Shown here: one piece after another, positions 18,361 to 26,578 of the stretch
Layout of the letters: every line of letters begins with the position of its first letter
Position numbering within the stretch: position 1 is the stretch's first letter
Assembly: GCA_046757645.1 (NCBI GenBank)
Contig: JBHHYS010000003.1
Span: 1 to 50,671 of the forward strand
Direction: 5' to 3'
Source of the DNA: Terriglobia bacterium
Lineage (GTDB): Bacteria; Acidobacteriota; Terriglobia; Acidiferrales; 2-02-FULL-67-57
DNA: 50,671 bases
Position numbers and translations under genes: made by a program
The notes under the pieces: model-generated
Told to the model about the DNA's origin: nothing
Databases searched by the model: none
The model's input: only the letters and a program-made list of their open reading frames with translations

Positions 18361-19040
18361 GTCGCACCATCGCCCTTGTGGGTGGCACCGGCCCTGCCGG
18401 ATCCGGTCTGGCCCTTCGCTGGGTGCGCGCGGGTGAAAGCGTGATCATCGGTTCCCGCGACGCCCGGCGCGCGGAGGCCACAGCCGCCAAAATCGCTGAG
18501 AAGGTTGGCAGCGGTGACGCGGTGCGCGGGGCGGAGAACGCCGCCGCAGTGGCGGCCAGCGAGATCGTAATCCTGACGGTTCCCTTCGCGGGCCAGGCGA
18601 GCTTATTGAAGCAACTGAAGCCGGCCTTCAAGCCGGGCACAGTCTTGATCGATGCGACCGTGCCGCTGGCCGCGAGCGTCGGCGGACGTCCCACCCGCAC
18701 GCTGGGTGTCTGGCAGGGCTGCGCCGCTGAACAGGCAGCCGAATTGGTGCCCAAAGGCGTTCTGGTCGCCGCTGCTTTTCAAAACTTGTCGGCGGCCGTG
18801 CTGGGGGGTGAGGAGCCAGTGGACTGCGATGTAATCGTCTGTAGCGATGAGCCGCGGGCTCTGCAGGTGGCCTGCGAACTGGCGGAGAAAATTCCCGGGG
18901 TGCGGGCGGTCAACGGGGGCGGTTTGGAGAACGCGCGCATCGTGGAGCAGTTGACGGCGCTGCTGATCACGCTCAACGTCAAACACAAGGTGCATGCTGC
19001 TGGAATCCGGGTCACGGGCTTGCCGAGCCGGAAGCGGTAG
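18357..19040 (+). CDS. npdG: NADPH-dependent F420 reductase (F420H2:NADP+ oxidoreductase)
   Basis: GGTGPAGSGLALR, IIGSRD..RA, LTVPF, AAFQNLSA, CDVIVCSD, GGLENARIVEQLTALL; ATGA overlap with cofH. Confidence 0.92.
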   Translation: MSRTIALVGGTGPAGSGLALRWVRAGESVIIGSRDARRAEATAAKIAEKVGSGDAVRGAENAAAVAASEIVILTVPFAGQASLLKQLKPAFKPGTVLIDATVPLAASVGGRPTRTLGVWQGCAAEQAAELVPKGVLVAAAFQNLSAAVLGGEEPVDCDVIVCSDEPRALQVACELAEKIPGVRAVNGGGLENARIVEQLTALLITLNVKHKVHAAGIRVTGLPSRKR

Positions 19041-19088
19041 GCCCCGGCGCGGGATCAACTTTCCCGAGATCGAAATGAAGCAGGAGAG

Positions 19089-19568
19089 CTAGCGGGTCGC
19101 TTGCTCTTTGAGACGCTCGATTTGTCCCAGGTGGTTGGGGTCATGGCCGGCGAGCCGCTCGATGGCCTCCGCCAGGGTGAACTTGCGGTTCAGTTCCGGG
19201 TGGAAGCCTCCCTTGGCCAACTGGTCAGGAGTGAGTCGTCGCAGCAAGCGCAGGTTGGCGCGGCGATTCGCCTGGTAGAGCGCCAGCCAGTCGGCCGCGG
19301 AGGCTTCGGCATAGCCCAGGTGGCGCGCCCACGCGTCCTGGTCAATGGGGGCGAAGGTGGGTTCCTTGTCGGCAATGGCTTGGCGAATGCGATAGCCCCA
19401 AATGATTTCCGCATCGGACAAGTGCGCCAGGATTTCCAGGATTGACCACTTGTTCGGGGCCGGCTGGTAGCGCAGGACGGATTCATTCAGGCCCGCGACG
19501 GCGGCGGCGATGCGGTCCGGGTTCTTCTCCAGAGCGTCCAGCTTCTCTCTCAGTTCTTTCTGGGTCAT
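19089..19568 (-). CDS. DinB/YfiT family protein
   Basis: KWSILEILAHL.DAE, DQDAW, HD.NHL.QI His motif. Confidence 0.85.
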   Translation of the reverse strand: MTQKELREKLDALEKNPDRIAAAVAGLNESVLRYQPAPNKWSILEILAHLSDAEIIWGYRIRQAIADKEPTFAPIDQDAWARHLGYAEASAADWLALYQANRRANLRLLRRLTPDQLAKGGFHPELNRKFTLAEAIERLAGHDPNHLGQIERLKEQATR

Positions 19569-19622
19569 GGTTTCCCTCCGGCGTGTTCCACCCGGTTGCC
19601 CGTTCGATGAAGTTTGTGCCGG

Positions 19623-20027
19623 TCAACCTCCGCCCATGGCACTTGTCCGTTCGGGTTGTATCTTGTAGATGATGCGCACCTCGCCGGGTTGGCGATAAGG
19701 GTAGTTGTCGAGGCTGAGATACTTCTTCGCCAAGCGGTCGATGTGCGCGTCGGCGCCGTTCTCGGTTATCTCTACGACGCGGCCGCGGATTTCCAAATAC
19801 CGATAGGGATCGTCGGGGTCCACCACGCAGAGGGTGACGCGGGGGTCGCGGCGGATGTTGCGGTCTTTCTGCCGGCCGCGGACGGAATTGAAGAGGACAG
19901 TGTTGCCCTCGAGGTCGCACCAGACCGGCGTCACCTGCGGGCGCCCGTCCGGCATCAGCGTGGCCAGGTGGGCGAAGGCGGGCTTGCGAAAAAGGTCTCG
20001 GTACTTTTCTGCAATGGCAGTGGGCAT
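19623..20027 (-). CDS. PPOX-class (split beta-barrel) putative F420-dependent oxidoreductase
   Basis: AHLATLMPDGRPQVTPVW, GRQKDRNIRRDPRV, PYRYLEIRG, HIDRLAKKY. Confidence 0.88.
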   Translation of the reverse strand: MPTAIAEKYRDLFRKPAFAHLATLMPDGRPQVTPVWCDLEGNTVLFNSVRGRQKDRNIRRDPRVTLCVVDPDDPYRYLEIRGRVVEITENGADAHIDRLAKKYLSLDNYPYRQPGEVRIIYKIQPERTSAMGGG

Positions 20028-20074
20028 GACTGCCTCCTTGCTCTCCAGGATGGTGTGCAGGCCTATGGCGCGCT

Positions 20075-21628
20075 CTATCTATACTTCACGCTCTTGCCAA
20101 GCGCCATCAGGAAAATGGCGCTTTTACCTTCCGCATGGGGTGAGAAGAACTTGACTACATCGTCGTCGTAGAAGGTCAGCCCGGTCGCCCCCAAGCGTTG
20201 GGCGTAGGCGGCCAGATAGAGCTTCCCGCCGAGGATGCCCGATTCGAGTTGAACCGCGCGGTAGCCGCGGTTGCCGAAGCGCTCGAGAATCGCCCGCAAA
20301 TCCGCCAAGAAAAATACCGCCACGCTGGCCTCGGCGGGGAGTTCCTGTTCAAGACCCAGGGAGTACGCCTCCGAGCGAAAGTTGCCTTCCTTGAGGCATT
20401 CGAGGACGCCGGGGCCGCGGTGGAACACATAGGCGCCCGGAGCGAGTCCCTCCACGGCATGGACAACCAGGTAGATACCGTTGAGCTGCGCACCGGGCGG
20501 CTGGAGGAAATCGGCCGGGATGCCCCGGGTGGCGGGGCCAAGTAAGGTGGAGAACTGAGCGAAGCTGATCGGCTCCGGCGCGAATTTTCGGGTTGACCCG
20601 CGGCGAAGGATGACCCTCTCGATCGGGTCGCGTGAGATCGCCTGGTCAGTGAGAGGCTGAAGGGGGACGGTTTTACCTCTGGGGGGTGGAAACTCTGTCA
20701 GCGGGGTTGGGCCGCGCCAGGCAGCCACTTCCTCTGCGGAGCGCAACGAAGAGGCGTCGTGGAACTCGCGCATCGCGGGGTAGTCCACTTCGGTCCTGGA
20801 GAGGGACACGGTTTCCCGTTTCAACGGCGGAATGTCGCCCGGCGGCTCTGGGGGCAAGCCACTGCGGTACCCCACCGGAACCATCGAAAAGGCCACTTCG
20901 CGCTGGGTGTCCAAGTCGAGGAGCCGGTTCACTTCCGCGTCCACGAAGCCGCACACTACCCGTGCCGGAAGGCTCCGCGCGACGCACAGCGCGAACAAAT
21001 TGGCGAGGATGGTGCCGTTGTCCCAGCCGAAATGCCGGTAGGTGCGCGCCTGGTACTTCCAGGCATTGCGCCAATAGGTGGCGGTGCAGATGATCGTAAC
21101 CGGGGCGTGGGAGATCGCCGGCTCACCACCGGTGGCTCGAACCAGAACGCCGCGATAGTCCCCCGCGCGCAATTTTCGCAGCCCCATGTCAGCCGGGGCG
21201 AAATGATAGACGCCAGCCTTCAAATCGGGGAGGTCACCGCAAACCAGGTACAGCTCGATCTCGTACAGTGCCCCGGTGCAGGAGGCGGCGCGAAAGAAAA
21301 TCTCTCCGCCCGGATAGGCCGTCCGTTTGGTGATGCCCGCCGAGAAATAGAGGATGTGCGCCAGACTCTTCAAATCCGGCACCGCGTCTGCCGTCGGAAG
21401 CACATTCAGCTGGGAGATGACCGAGAGCGCGGCCATTCCGGTCTGGGAGGTCTCGCGCGGCAAGGGCAAGGGGTCGAGAGTCGGATAGATTTTGAAGGTG
21501 AGGGGGCGATTCGCCCAGTCCAAGGAATGCCGGTTGGTGCGAACACTCCAATAGGAGTGTTTGGTGGAGTTGTGATATCTCCAGGTGGCTTCCAGGTTGC
21601 GATTCGTCATCATCCCACAGCTTATCAA
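20075..21628 (-). CDS. SagB/ThcOx-family dehydrogenase with duplicated nitroreductase domains
   Basis: YHNSTKH, RAASCTGALY, WKYQARTYRH, RRGSTRKF, RGYRAVQLESG, GATGLTFYDD; start may be ATG 21610/21613. Confidence 0.85.
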   Translation of the reverse strand: MISCGMMTNRNLEATWRYHNSTKHSYWSVRTNRHSLDWANRPLTFKIYPTLDPLPLPRETSQTGMAALSVISQLNVLPTADAVPDLKSLAHILYFSAGITKRTAYPGGEIFFRAASCTGALYEIELYLVCGDLPDLKAGVYHFAPADMGLRKLRAGDYRGVLVRATGGEPAISHAPVTIICTATYWRNAWKYQARTYRHFGWDNGTILANLFALCVARSLPARVVCGFVDAEVNRLLDLDTQREVAFSMVPVGYRSGLPPEPPGDIPPLKRETVSLSRTEVDYPAMREFHDASSLRSAEEVAAWRGPTPLTEFPPPRGKTVPLQPLTDQAISRDPIERVILRRGSTRKFAPEPISFAQFSTLLGPATRGIPADFLQPPGAQLNGIYLVVHAVEGLAPGAYVFHRGPGVLECLKEGNFRSEAYSLGLEQELPAEASVAVFFLADLRAILERFGNRGYRAVQLESGILGGKLYLAAYAQRLGATGLTFYDDDVVKFFSPHAEGKSAIFLMALGKSVKYR

Positions 21629-21756
21629 GTCGATGCTTCACTGCGCACACTTTTCCCCGTTCTCTGCTGCCCGGTGTCGCCGCGGTTCGATCGCCCGTCC
21701 CGCACTCCTGAAGAGTCGGGGGCGCCCGCCGCTCGTAAGTGAATCGAAGGCCGGAT

Positions 21757-21831
21757 TGGTGCCGGGGGCGGGAATCGAACCCGCGACCTAGGGATTATGA
21801 GACCCTCGCTCTGCCACTGAGCTACCCCGGC
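21757..21831 (-). tRNA. tRNA-Met (CAT), probably elongator
   Basis: GCCGGGGTAGCTCAGTGGCAGAGCGAGGGTCTCATAATCCCTAGGTCGCGGGTTCGATTCCCGCCCCCGGCACCA; full cloverleaf, encoded CCA, paired G1-C72. Confidence 0.93.
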
Positions 21832-21846
21832 AGTGAGCCGAAAGTC

Positions 21847-21876
21847 ATGGTACGGCAGGGCGCGCGGGGGTGTCAA
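21847..21876 (-). promoter_or_regulatory. Sigma-70 promoter for tRNA-Met
   Basis: TTGACA (21876-21871), 18-nt spacer, TACCAT (21852-21847) just upstream of the tRNA. Confidence 0.6.
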
Positions 21877-22013
21877 CGCACCCGCGCCCGCAGAGGAAAT
21901 CCAGCCGCCCCGGATTCGACTTGCGAAAAAAACTTTACTCAGGCAAGCTAGGGGCAGAGCGGTGCTCGCCATCCGAGAAAGCAGTGAGGGCGGGAAAGGA
22001 AGCGCGGACGCCG

Positions 22014-22223
22014 ATGAAACCACGGAAGAGCTGGAAGCCGCTTGCCGCTACCCTGGAGAGGTTTGACCTTCCCCGCCGCTTGGAGAAGGCGCTGCGCTGG
22101 GTGGAAGGCCACCCGCGCGCGGTGGTGGCCGGCACCTTGATCCTGGTGACCGCAGTGATGCTGGCGCAGACGCCCACGGTCGAGCCGGACGCCTACAACG
22201 GCGAAACCCCGCTGTTCGTTTAG
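22014..22223 (+). CDS. Small hypothetical protein with one hydrophobic segment
   Basis: 69-aa ORF from ATG 22014, hydrophobic AVVAGTLILVTAVMLA. Confidence 0.45.
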   Translation: MKPRKSWKPLAATLERFDLPRRLEKALRWVEGHPRAVVAGTLILVTAVMLAQTPTVEPDAYNGETPLFV

Positions 22224-22463
22224 TCACCAAAACCCGCCATCAGCGGCGTAGGTATTTCTTTCTCTGGCCTTCGGGGTCAGCTCAGCCCGCCCCCCCGACA
22301 CGTCCGACACAAAAGCACTCGCGTGCAGGAGGAGCCGGTAGCGGCGAGGAATGTTTTTGCGCGCAACCCGCATTTCTCGCCGGCCTTTTCGGGCAGGCCG
22401 ACGAGGAAGGCTACCCCTTGACTTCGCTCGGGGCCAGCGCCTGGGTCGCCGCTACCCCGCTTC

Positions 22464-22527
22464 GGGCGGGGGCCAAGCCCGCCCCTACCCGGTGCGCGCG
22501 GGGTAGGGGAGGGACTCATCCCCTGCC
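22464..22527. repeat. REP doublet (CTAC...GTAG)
   Basis: GGGCGGGGGCCAAGCCCGCCCCTAC ... GTAGGGGAGGGACTCATCCCCTGCC. Confidence 0.6.
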
Positions 22528-22615
22528 GAGTCCTCTATGCGCTTGGCCGCGTCCCGGTGTAAAGTGAGAGGGAAGGGTCCGCCGTCGGCCGCCACGCAGC
22601 GGGAGGATAGAAGCG

Positions 22616-23164
22616 ATGGCTTACATTCGCACGATTGCGCCGGAGGAAGCGACCGGCGAGTTGAAGCAGCAGTACGACGCCGCGGTCAAGCGTGCCGGGC
22701 GGGTGTTCAATATCGTGCGCCTGCAGAGCCTGAACCCACGGGCGCTGGCGGCCTCCCTGGAACTCTACAAAACATTGATGCTCGGGCCAAGCAGCCTGCC
22801 GCGGGCGACGCGGGAGATGCTGGCTACGGTGGTCTCCCGACAGATGGGCTGCTTTTATTGAACCGAAGCCCACGGGGAGGATCTCCGTGCCGTAACCAAA
22901 GACGAGAAGCTGGCCGCGGGGGTCAAGCGGGACTACCGCCAGGCGGGGCTCGATGGGAAGACTCGCGCCCTGTTGGATTACGCCGTCGCGGTCACGCGCG
23001 ATCCGCACCAGGTGAATGAAGAAACTATCGGCGGCTTGCGCGCCGCGGGCTGGTCGGACGAGGACATCTTGAGCGCCACCCACATCATCGGGTTTTTTAA
23101 CTATTACACCCGGCTGGCCGACGCCCTCGGAGTCGAGCCCGAAGAGTTCATGAAGAGGGGCTGA
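22616..23164 (+). CDS. AhpD/carboxymuconolactone-decarboxylase-like peroxidase, probable selenoprotein (CxxU; TGA at 22859-22861)
   Basis: ORFs 22616-22861 and 22973-23164 are in the same frame with no other stop; readthrough gives EMLATVVSRQMGCFY-U-TEAHGEDLR...FFNYYTRLADALG (182 aa). Confidence 0.85.
22871..22889 (+). promoter_or_regulatory. Bacterial SECIS-like hairpin
   Basis: CACGGGG-AGGAT-CTCCGTG stem-loop starting 9 nt after the in-frame TGA. Confidence 0.6.
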
Positions 23165-23281
23165 CCTCAGGGGCTAAAGCCCGCGCGTTGCGGTTTTCTT
23201 TGTCGGCGGGGTTAAAACCCCGCCCTACCCACACGCGGCTGGCCGACGCCCTCGGGGTCGAGCCCGAAGAGTTCATGAAGA
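23106..23281 (+). repeat. 51-bp direct duplication of the gene 3' end flanking a REP-like insert
   Basis: 23106-23156 vs 23231-23281 differ at 2 positions; GGCGGGGTTAAAACCCCGCCCTAC (23205-23228) lies between the copies. Confidence 0.85.
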
Positions 23282-23307
23282 AGCCAGCCCAGCCTTGACG
23301 CCAAGAA

Positions 23308-23343
23308 TACGGAGAAACCTTTCTGCAGAAAGGTTTCCCCGTA
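23308..23343. terminator. Near-perfect palindrome between convergent genes (terminator-like or repeat)
   Basis: TACGGAGAAACCTTTCTGCAGAAAGGTTTCCCCGTA. Confidence 0.45.
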
Positions 23344-23444
23344 CCCCTTCCTTCTCATTCAGCGGTCCCGACTAGTCGGGACGGCGAACGGTTTTGGGAG
23401 AGCCCGAGAACCATTTTGCCCAAGGGGTCTCGGATTCTTTAGCT

Positions 23445-24044
23445 TCAACCCTGGGGCAGCTTCTGCATGAAGGCTTCGTATTCGGGGGTGCCGCGGGTGA
23501 ATTGCGGGTCGAGTTTGACGCCCAGGGCATCGGCCACGCGGGTGGCGGTGTTGAAGAAGGCGGCGATGAGCACCACGGCGAGAATCTGCTCGTCCGAGAG
23601 GCCGTGGTTGCGCAGCTCGACCACGTCCACTTCCTTCATCTCCCACGGCGTCAGGGTGAGCTTCTCGCTGAAGGCCAGCAGGGCGCGGGTGCGTTTGTCC
23701 AGGTCAGCCTTTCGCCAGTCGGTTTTGATGTGCTCAACCAGGGTGTCGTTTCGGGTGAGCCGACGCAGAAACTCTGCGTGGGACTCGGTTCAATAGTGGC
23801 AGCGGTTGAGGGCGGAAACGACGGTGGCGATCATCTCCCGCTCCGCCGGCTTCAGCCCCGAAGATTCGGGGCCGCCGTGGTAGACGGCACCGCTCAGTTG
23901 CGTATAGGCCCGGAGGGCCTGAGGGTTCAGGGTCAAGGCCCGGCGGATGTTGGGGATGAAGCCGTAGAGCTTGCGGCTCGTCTCATAGATGGCCTTCACC
24001 TCGCCCGCAGCTTCCTCTTCACTCACCGTTTTGATCCACGCCAT
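23445..24044 (-). CDS. Second AhpD/CMD-like peroxidase, probable selenoprotein (CxxU; TGA at 23792-23790)
   Basis: Readthrough gives EMIATVVSALNRCHY-U-TESHAEFLRRL...FFNTATRVADALG (199 aa), joining ORFs 23790-24044 and 23445-23639 in frame. Confidence 0.85.
23763..23779 (-). promoter_or_regulatory. Bacterial SECIS-like hairpin
   Basis: ACGCAGA-GTT-TCTGCGT stem-loop starting 10 nt after the in-frame TGA. Confidence 0.6.
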
Positions 24045-24288
24045 CGCTGCCTCCTCATCTGGTTGACAACCAACCGCGGCAACCTAACTAGGCAAGAGAG
24101 CTCGCCCCCCCGGAGTCACAGCCTTTCGCCAAACCGACCGTTGTTGGCGGCCACTTGCTGGATGGCCGGCGCCAGGCGGTCTCGTCAGCCGATTGGCACA
24201 ACCAAAGCCCTGCCCGGATGAAGCCTATCCTGCTTTTCGCCGGCGGGGGCGCCCCTATGCTACCATTTTCGGAGTGGCAAGGGCGTTC

Positions 24289-24364
24289 GGCGGGGCGCAA
24301 CGCCCCGCCCTACCCGGTCCAAGTGCGCCACCGTCTGAGGTAGGGCAGGGGCTTGTCCCCTGCC
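24289..24364. repeat. REP doublet (CTAC...GTAG)
   Basis: GGCGGGGCGCAACGCCCCGCCCTAC ... GTAGGGCAGGGGCTTGTCCCCTGCC. Confidence 0.65.
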
Positions 24365-24411
24365 GGTGTGGTTTGGGGTTCGGGAGCCCTTCGCCCGGTG
24401 TGAGGGAAAAG

Positions 24412-25959
24412 TTGAGAAGCCTGGTGGAGAAGGTTGAGGAGGCGATTCGGCGCGGGGAATTACTGGCGCCGGGGAATCGGGTGGCGGTGGCCTGCTCGGG
24501 CGGGGCTGACTCGGTGGCCCTGGTGCGGCTGCTGGTGGAGTTGAAGGACCGATTGGGCCTGCGCCTGCTGGTCGTCCACTTGAATCACCAGCTCCGCGGG
24601 GCCGAGGCCGACGCCGACGAAGCCTTCGTGCGCCGCCTGGCGGAGCGGTTGGAGCTGGAGTTCTTGGTCAAGCGCGAGGACGTGGCGGCGCGCGCCCTAA
24701 AGCAAAAGAGCAACATGGAGGAAGCCGGGCGGCAGGCACGGCAGGAGTTCTTCGCGTCGCTGATTCGGAATGGCAAGGCCGATGTTGTAGCCCTCGGCCA
24801 TACGATGGACGACCAGGCGGAGACGGTCTTGGGGCGCATTCTGCGCGGGGCCGGGACGAAGGGGTTGGCCGGCATCTACCCTGTGGTGGAGGAGGCTGGC
24901 AGCCCCACCGGCGGAAGCCAGTGGGCTGAACGAGAGAAACCAGAGAAGAGCGGCCCCGCACAGCGGGGCTCTTCCGGACTGAGAGGTGCTTCCCAACTGA
25001 GGCTGGTGCGACCGTTGCTGGGGGTGCGGCGCGCCGCACTGCGTGACTACCTGGCCGAGCACGAACAAGTCTGGCGGGAAGACACGAGCAATCTCGACCG
25101 GAAGCGGCTGCGGAACCAGATTCGCCTGGAGCTCCTCTCCCAACTGAATCCCGCCGCCATCGAACACCTGGCCCGGCTGGCCGAGCACGCCCGCCAGGAA
25201 GAAAGTTTCTGGGCGGCTTACACCGAGGAGCGCTTCCGCGCCCTGGTCCCGAAGCTTCGGGACGATGAAGTGGAGTTGGCGGTGGCGGCGTTGCTCGAGC
25301 CCGCGCCCTGGCGGCGGCCGCTCCCGCGCCGCACGGCGGAGGAGGCGCAGCGGGCGGTGGCGCGGCGGCTGCTGCGGCGGACGCTGGCCGCGGTGCGAGG
25401 CGACCTCCGCCGCATTACCCAGACGCACGTGGAAAGCGTGTTGCGGCTCGCCGCGCAGGGCCAGAGCGGCCAGCGGGTGGAGCTGCCCGGAGTGGATGTG
25501 GAGCGCCGCTTCCAGCAACTGGTGTTTCGTCCCGCCTCAGCGAGGGCGCGAAGCCGCCCGGCCGCCGCGCCCGACTATCAAGTGCAGGTGGAGGCGCCGG
25601 GCTGCGTACGTCTGCCCGGGGGGCGTGCGCTCAGCTTCAAATTAGTTGGGGTGGAGGAGCTGGAGCCGGGCTATAATAAGAGCAGAGAGGTTGCGGACGC
25701 GGCGCGCGTGCCTTTCCCGCTGCGGGTGCGCAACTGGCAACCGGGCGACAGCTATCAACCCGCCGGGTACCCGGGGCCGAAGAAACTGAAGCTGCTCTTC
25801 CAGCAGGAGCGAATTCCGGTCGGGGAGCGAGCCGGGATGCCGGTGGTGCTCTGCGGGGAAGAGATTGTTTGGGTGCCGCGCTTCGGTGTGGCGGCTTCGG
25901 TTGGACTCTCGAGCCGCAGCCGCAAGGCACTGCTGATCGAGGAGAGAGCGGAAGGATGA
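24412..25959 (+). CDS. tilS: tRNA(Ile)-lysidine synthetase
   Basis: VAVACSGGADS PP-loop, HLNHQLRG, GHTMDDQAET, RPLL, D.SN...RNQIR, C-terminal TilS_C (RNWQPGD...KKLK.LF); start estimated at TTG 24412. Confidence 0.93.
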   Translation: MRSLVEKVEEAIRRGELLAPGNRVAVACSGGADSVALVRLLVELKDRLGLRLLVVHLNHQLRGAEADADEAFVRRLAERLELEFLVKREDVAARALKQKSNMEEAGRQARQEFFASLIRNGKADVVALGHTMDDQAETVLGRILRGAGTKGLAGIYPVVEEAGSPTGGSQWAEREKPEKSGPAQRGSSGLRGASQLRLVRPLLGVRRAALRDYLAEHEQVWREDTSNLDRKRLRNQIRLELLSQLNPAAIEHLARLAEHARQEESFWAAYTEERFRALVPKLRDDEVELAVAALLEPAPWRRPLPRRTAEEAQRAVARRLLRRTLAAVRGDLRRITQTHVESVLRLAAQGQSGQRVELPGVDVERRFQQLVFRPASARARSRPAAAPDYQVQVEAPGCVRLPGGRALSFKLVGVEELEPGYNKSREVADAARVPFPLRVRNWQPGDSYQPAGYPGPKKLKLLFQQERIPVGERAGMPVVLCGEEIVWVPRFGVAASVGLSSRSRKALLIEERAEG

Positions 25960-26540
25960 AGGGGCTCAGGGTGCTCCACAAACCGGAGGCCATTGCCCGG
26001 CGGGTGACGGCACTGGGGCGGCAGATCAGCCGGGATTTTCGCGGCCAGACCCTGGACGTGGTGGGCCTGCTTGACAGTGGCTTCCTGTTTATGGCCGACT
26101 TGGTGCGGGCGATTCAGCTGCCGGTGCGCACCCACTTCATCCGCGCCGAGATTCAGGACATCATCGACCCCGACACCGGCAAGGAGCGCCAAGAAATCTT
26201 TTACAGCCCGGAGATCGAGGCCGAGGGGAAAAACATTTTGCTGGTGAAGGGCCTGTTGGGCTCGGGCATCCCCACCGACTTTCTGCTGCGGCGCATCGCC
26301 CTCCACCGACCCCGGGTGATCAAGACGGCGGTGTTGATCGACAAACCCGAAGAACGAAAAATTTCCGTGGAGCCTGATTACTGGGCTTTTCGGGTGGCAT
26401 CTAATAATATAGTGATGGGCTACGGGCTGTCCCAGGCTGGGCTGCAGGGGAACCTGCCCTACCTGGGCCTGTGGGCCCGCGGGAGGAGCGGCGGGCCGGC
26501 CCGGAAGCGTCAACGCCAGACGAAGCGCCGGAAGAAGTGA
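25956..26540 (+). CDS. hpt: Hypoxanthine phosphoribosyltransferase-like protein with a degenerate active site
   Basis: FMADLVRAI, LIDKP, PDY, GYGL, NLPY and position between tilS and ftsH; PRPP motif reads VKGLLGSGIPT. Confidence 0.8.
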   Translation: MKGLRVLHKPEAIARRVTALGRQISRDFRGQTLDVVGLLDSGFLFMADLVRAIQLPVRTHFIRAEIQDIIDPDTGKERQEIFYSPEIEAEGKNILLVKGLLGSGIPTDFLLRRIALHRPRVIKTAVLIDKPEERKISVEPDYWAFRVASNNIVMGYGLSQAGLQGNLPYLGLWARGRSGGPARKRQRQTKRRKK

Positions 26541-26578
26541 AGGAATAAGGGTCCCGTACGGGGGCCAGGAGACCAAGG

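Noticed and set aside
20075-21628. RiPP (azole-containing peptide) cluster implied by the SagB-like gene
   Set aside because: No YcaO cyclodehydratase or precursor peptide nearby
22616-24044. Four small separate ORFs or nonsense pseudogenes
   Set aside because: The TGA is at the same catalytic Cys position in both paralogs, with open downstream frames and adjacent hairpins, which fits Sec recoding better
24193-24208. Second sigma-54 promoter (TTGGCACAACCAAAGC) upstream of tilS
   Set aside because: The -12 element is AAGC rather than TTGC; too weak to call
24193-24411. N-terminal extension of the 588-aa TilS ORF
   Set aside because: It runs through a REP doublet; TilS similarity begins near 24412. 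Similar over-extensions were trimmed for folP, cofE, cdaA and the acyl-CoA ligase
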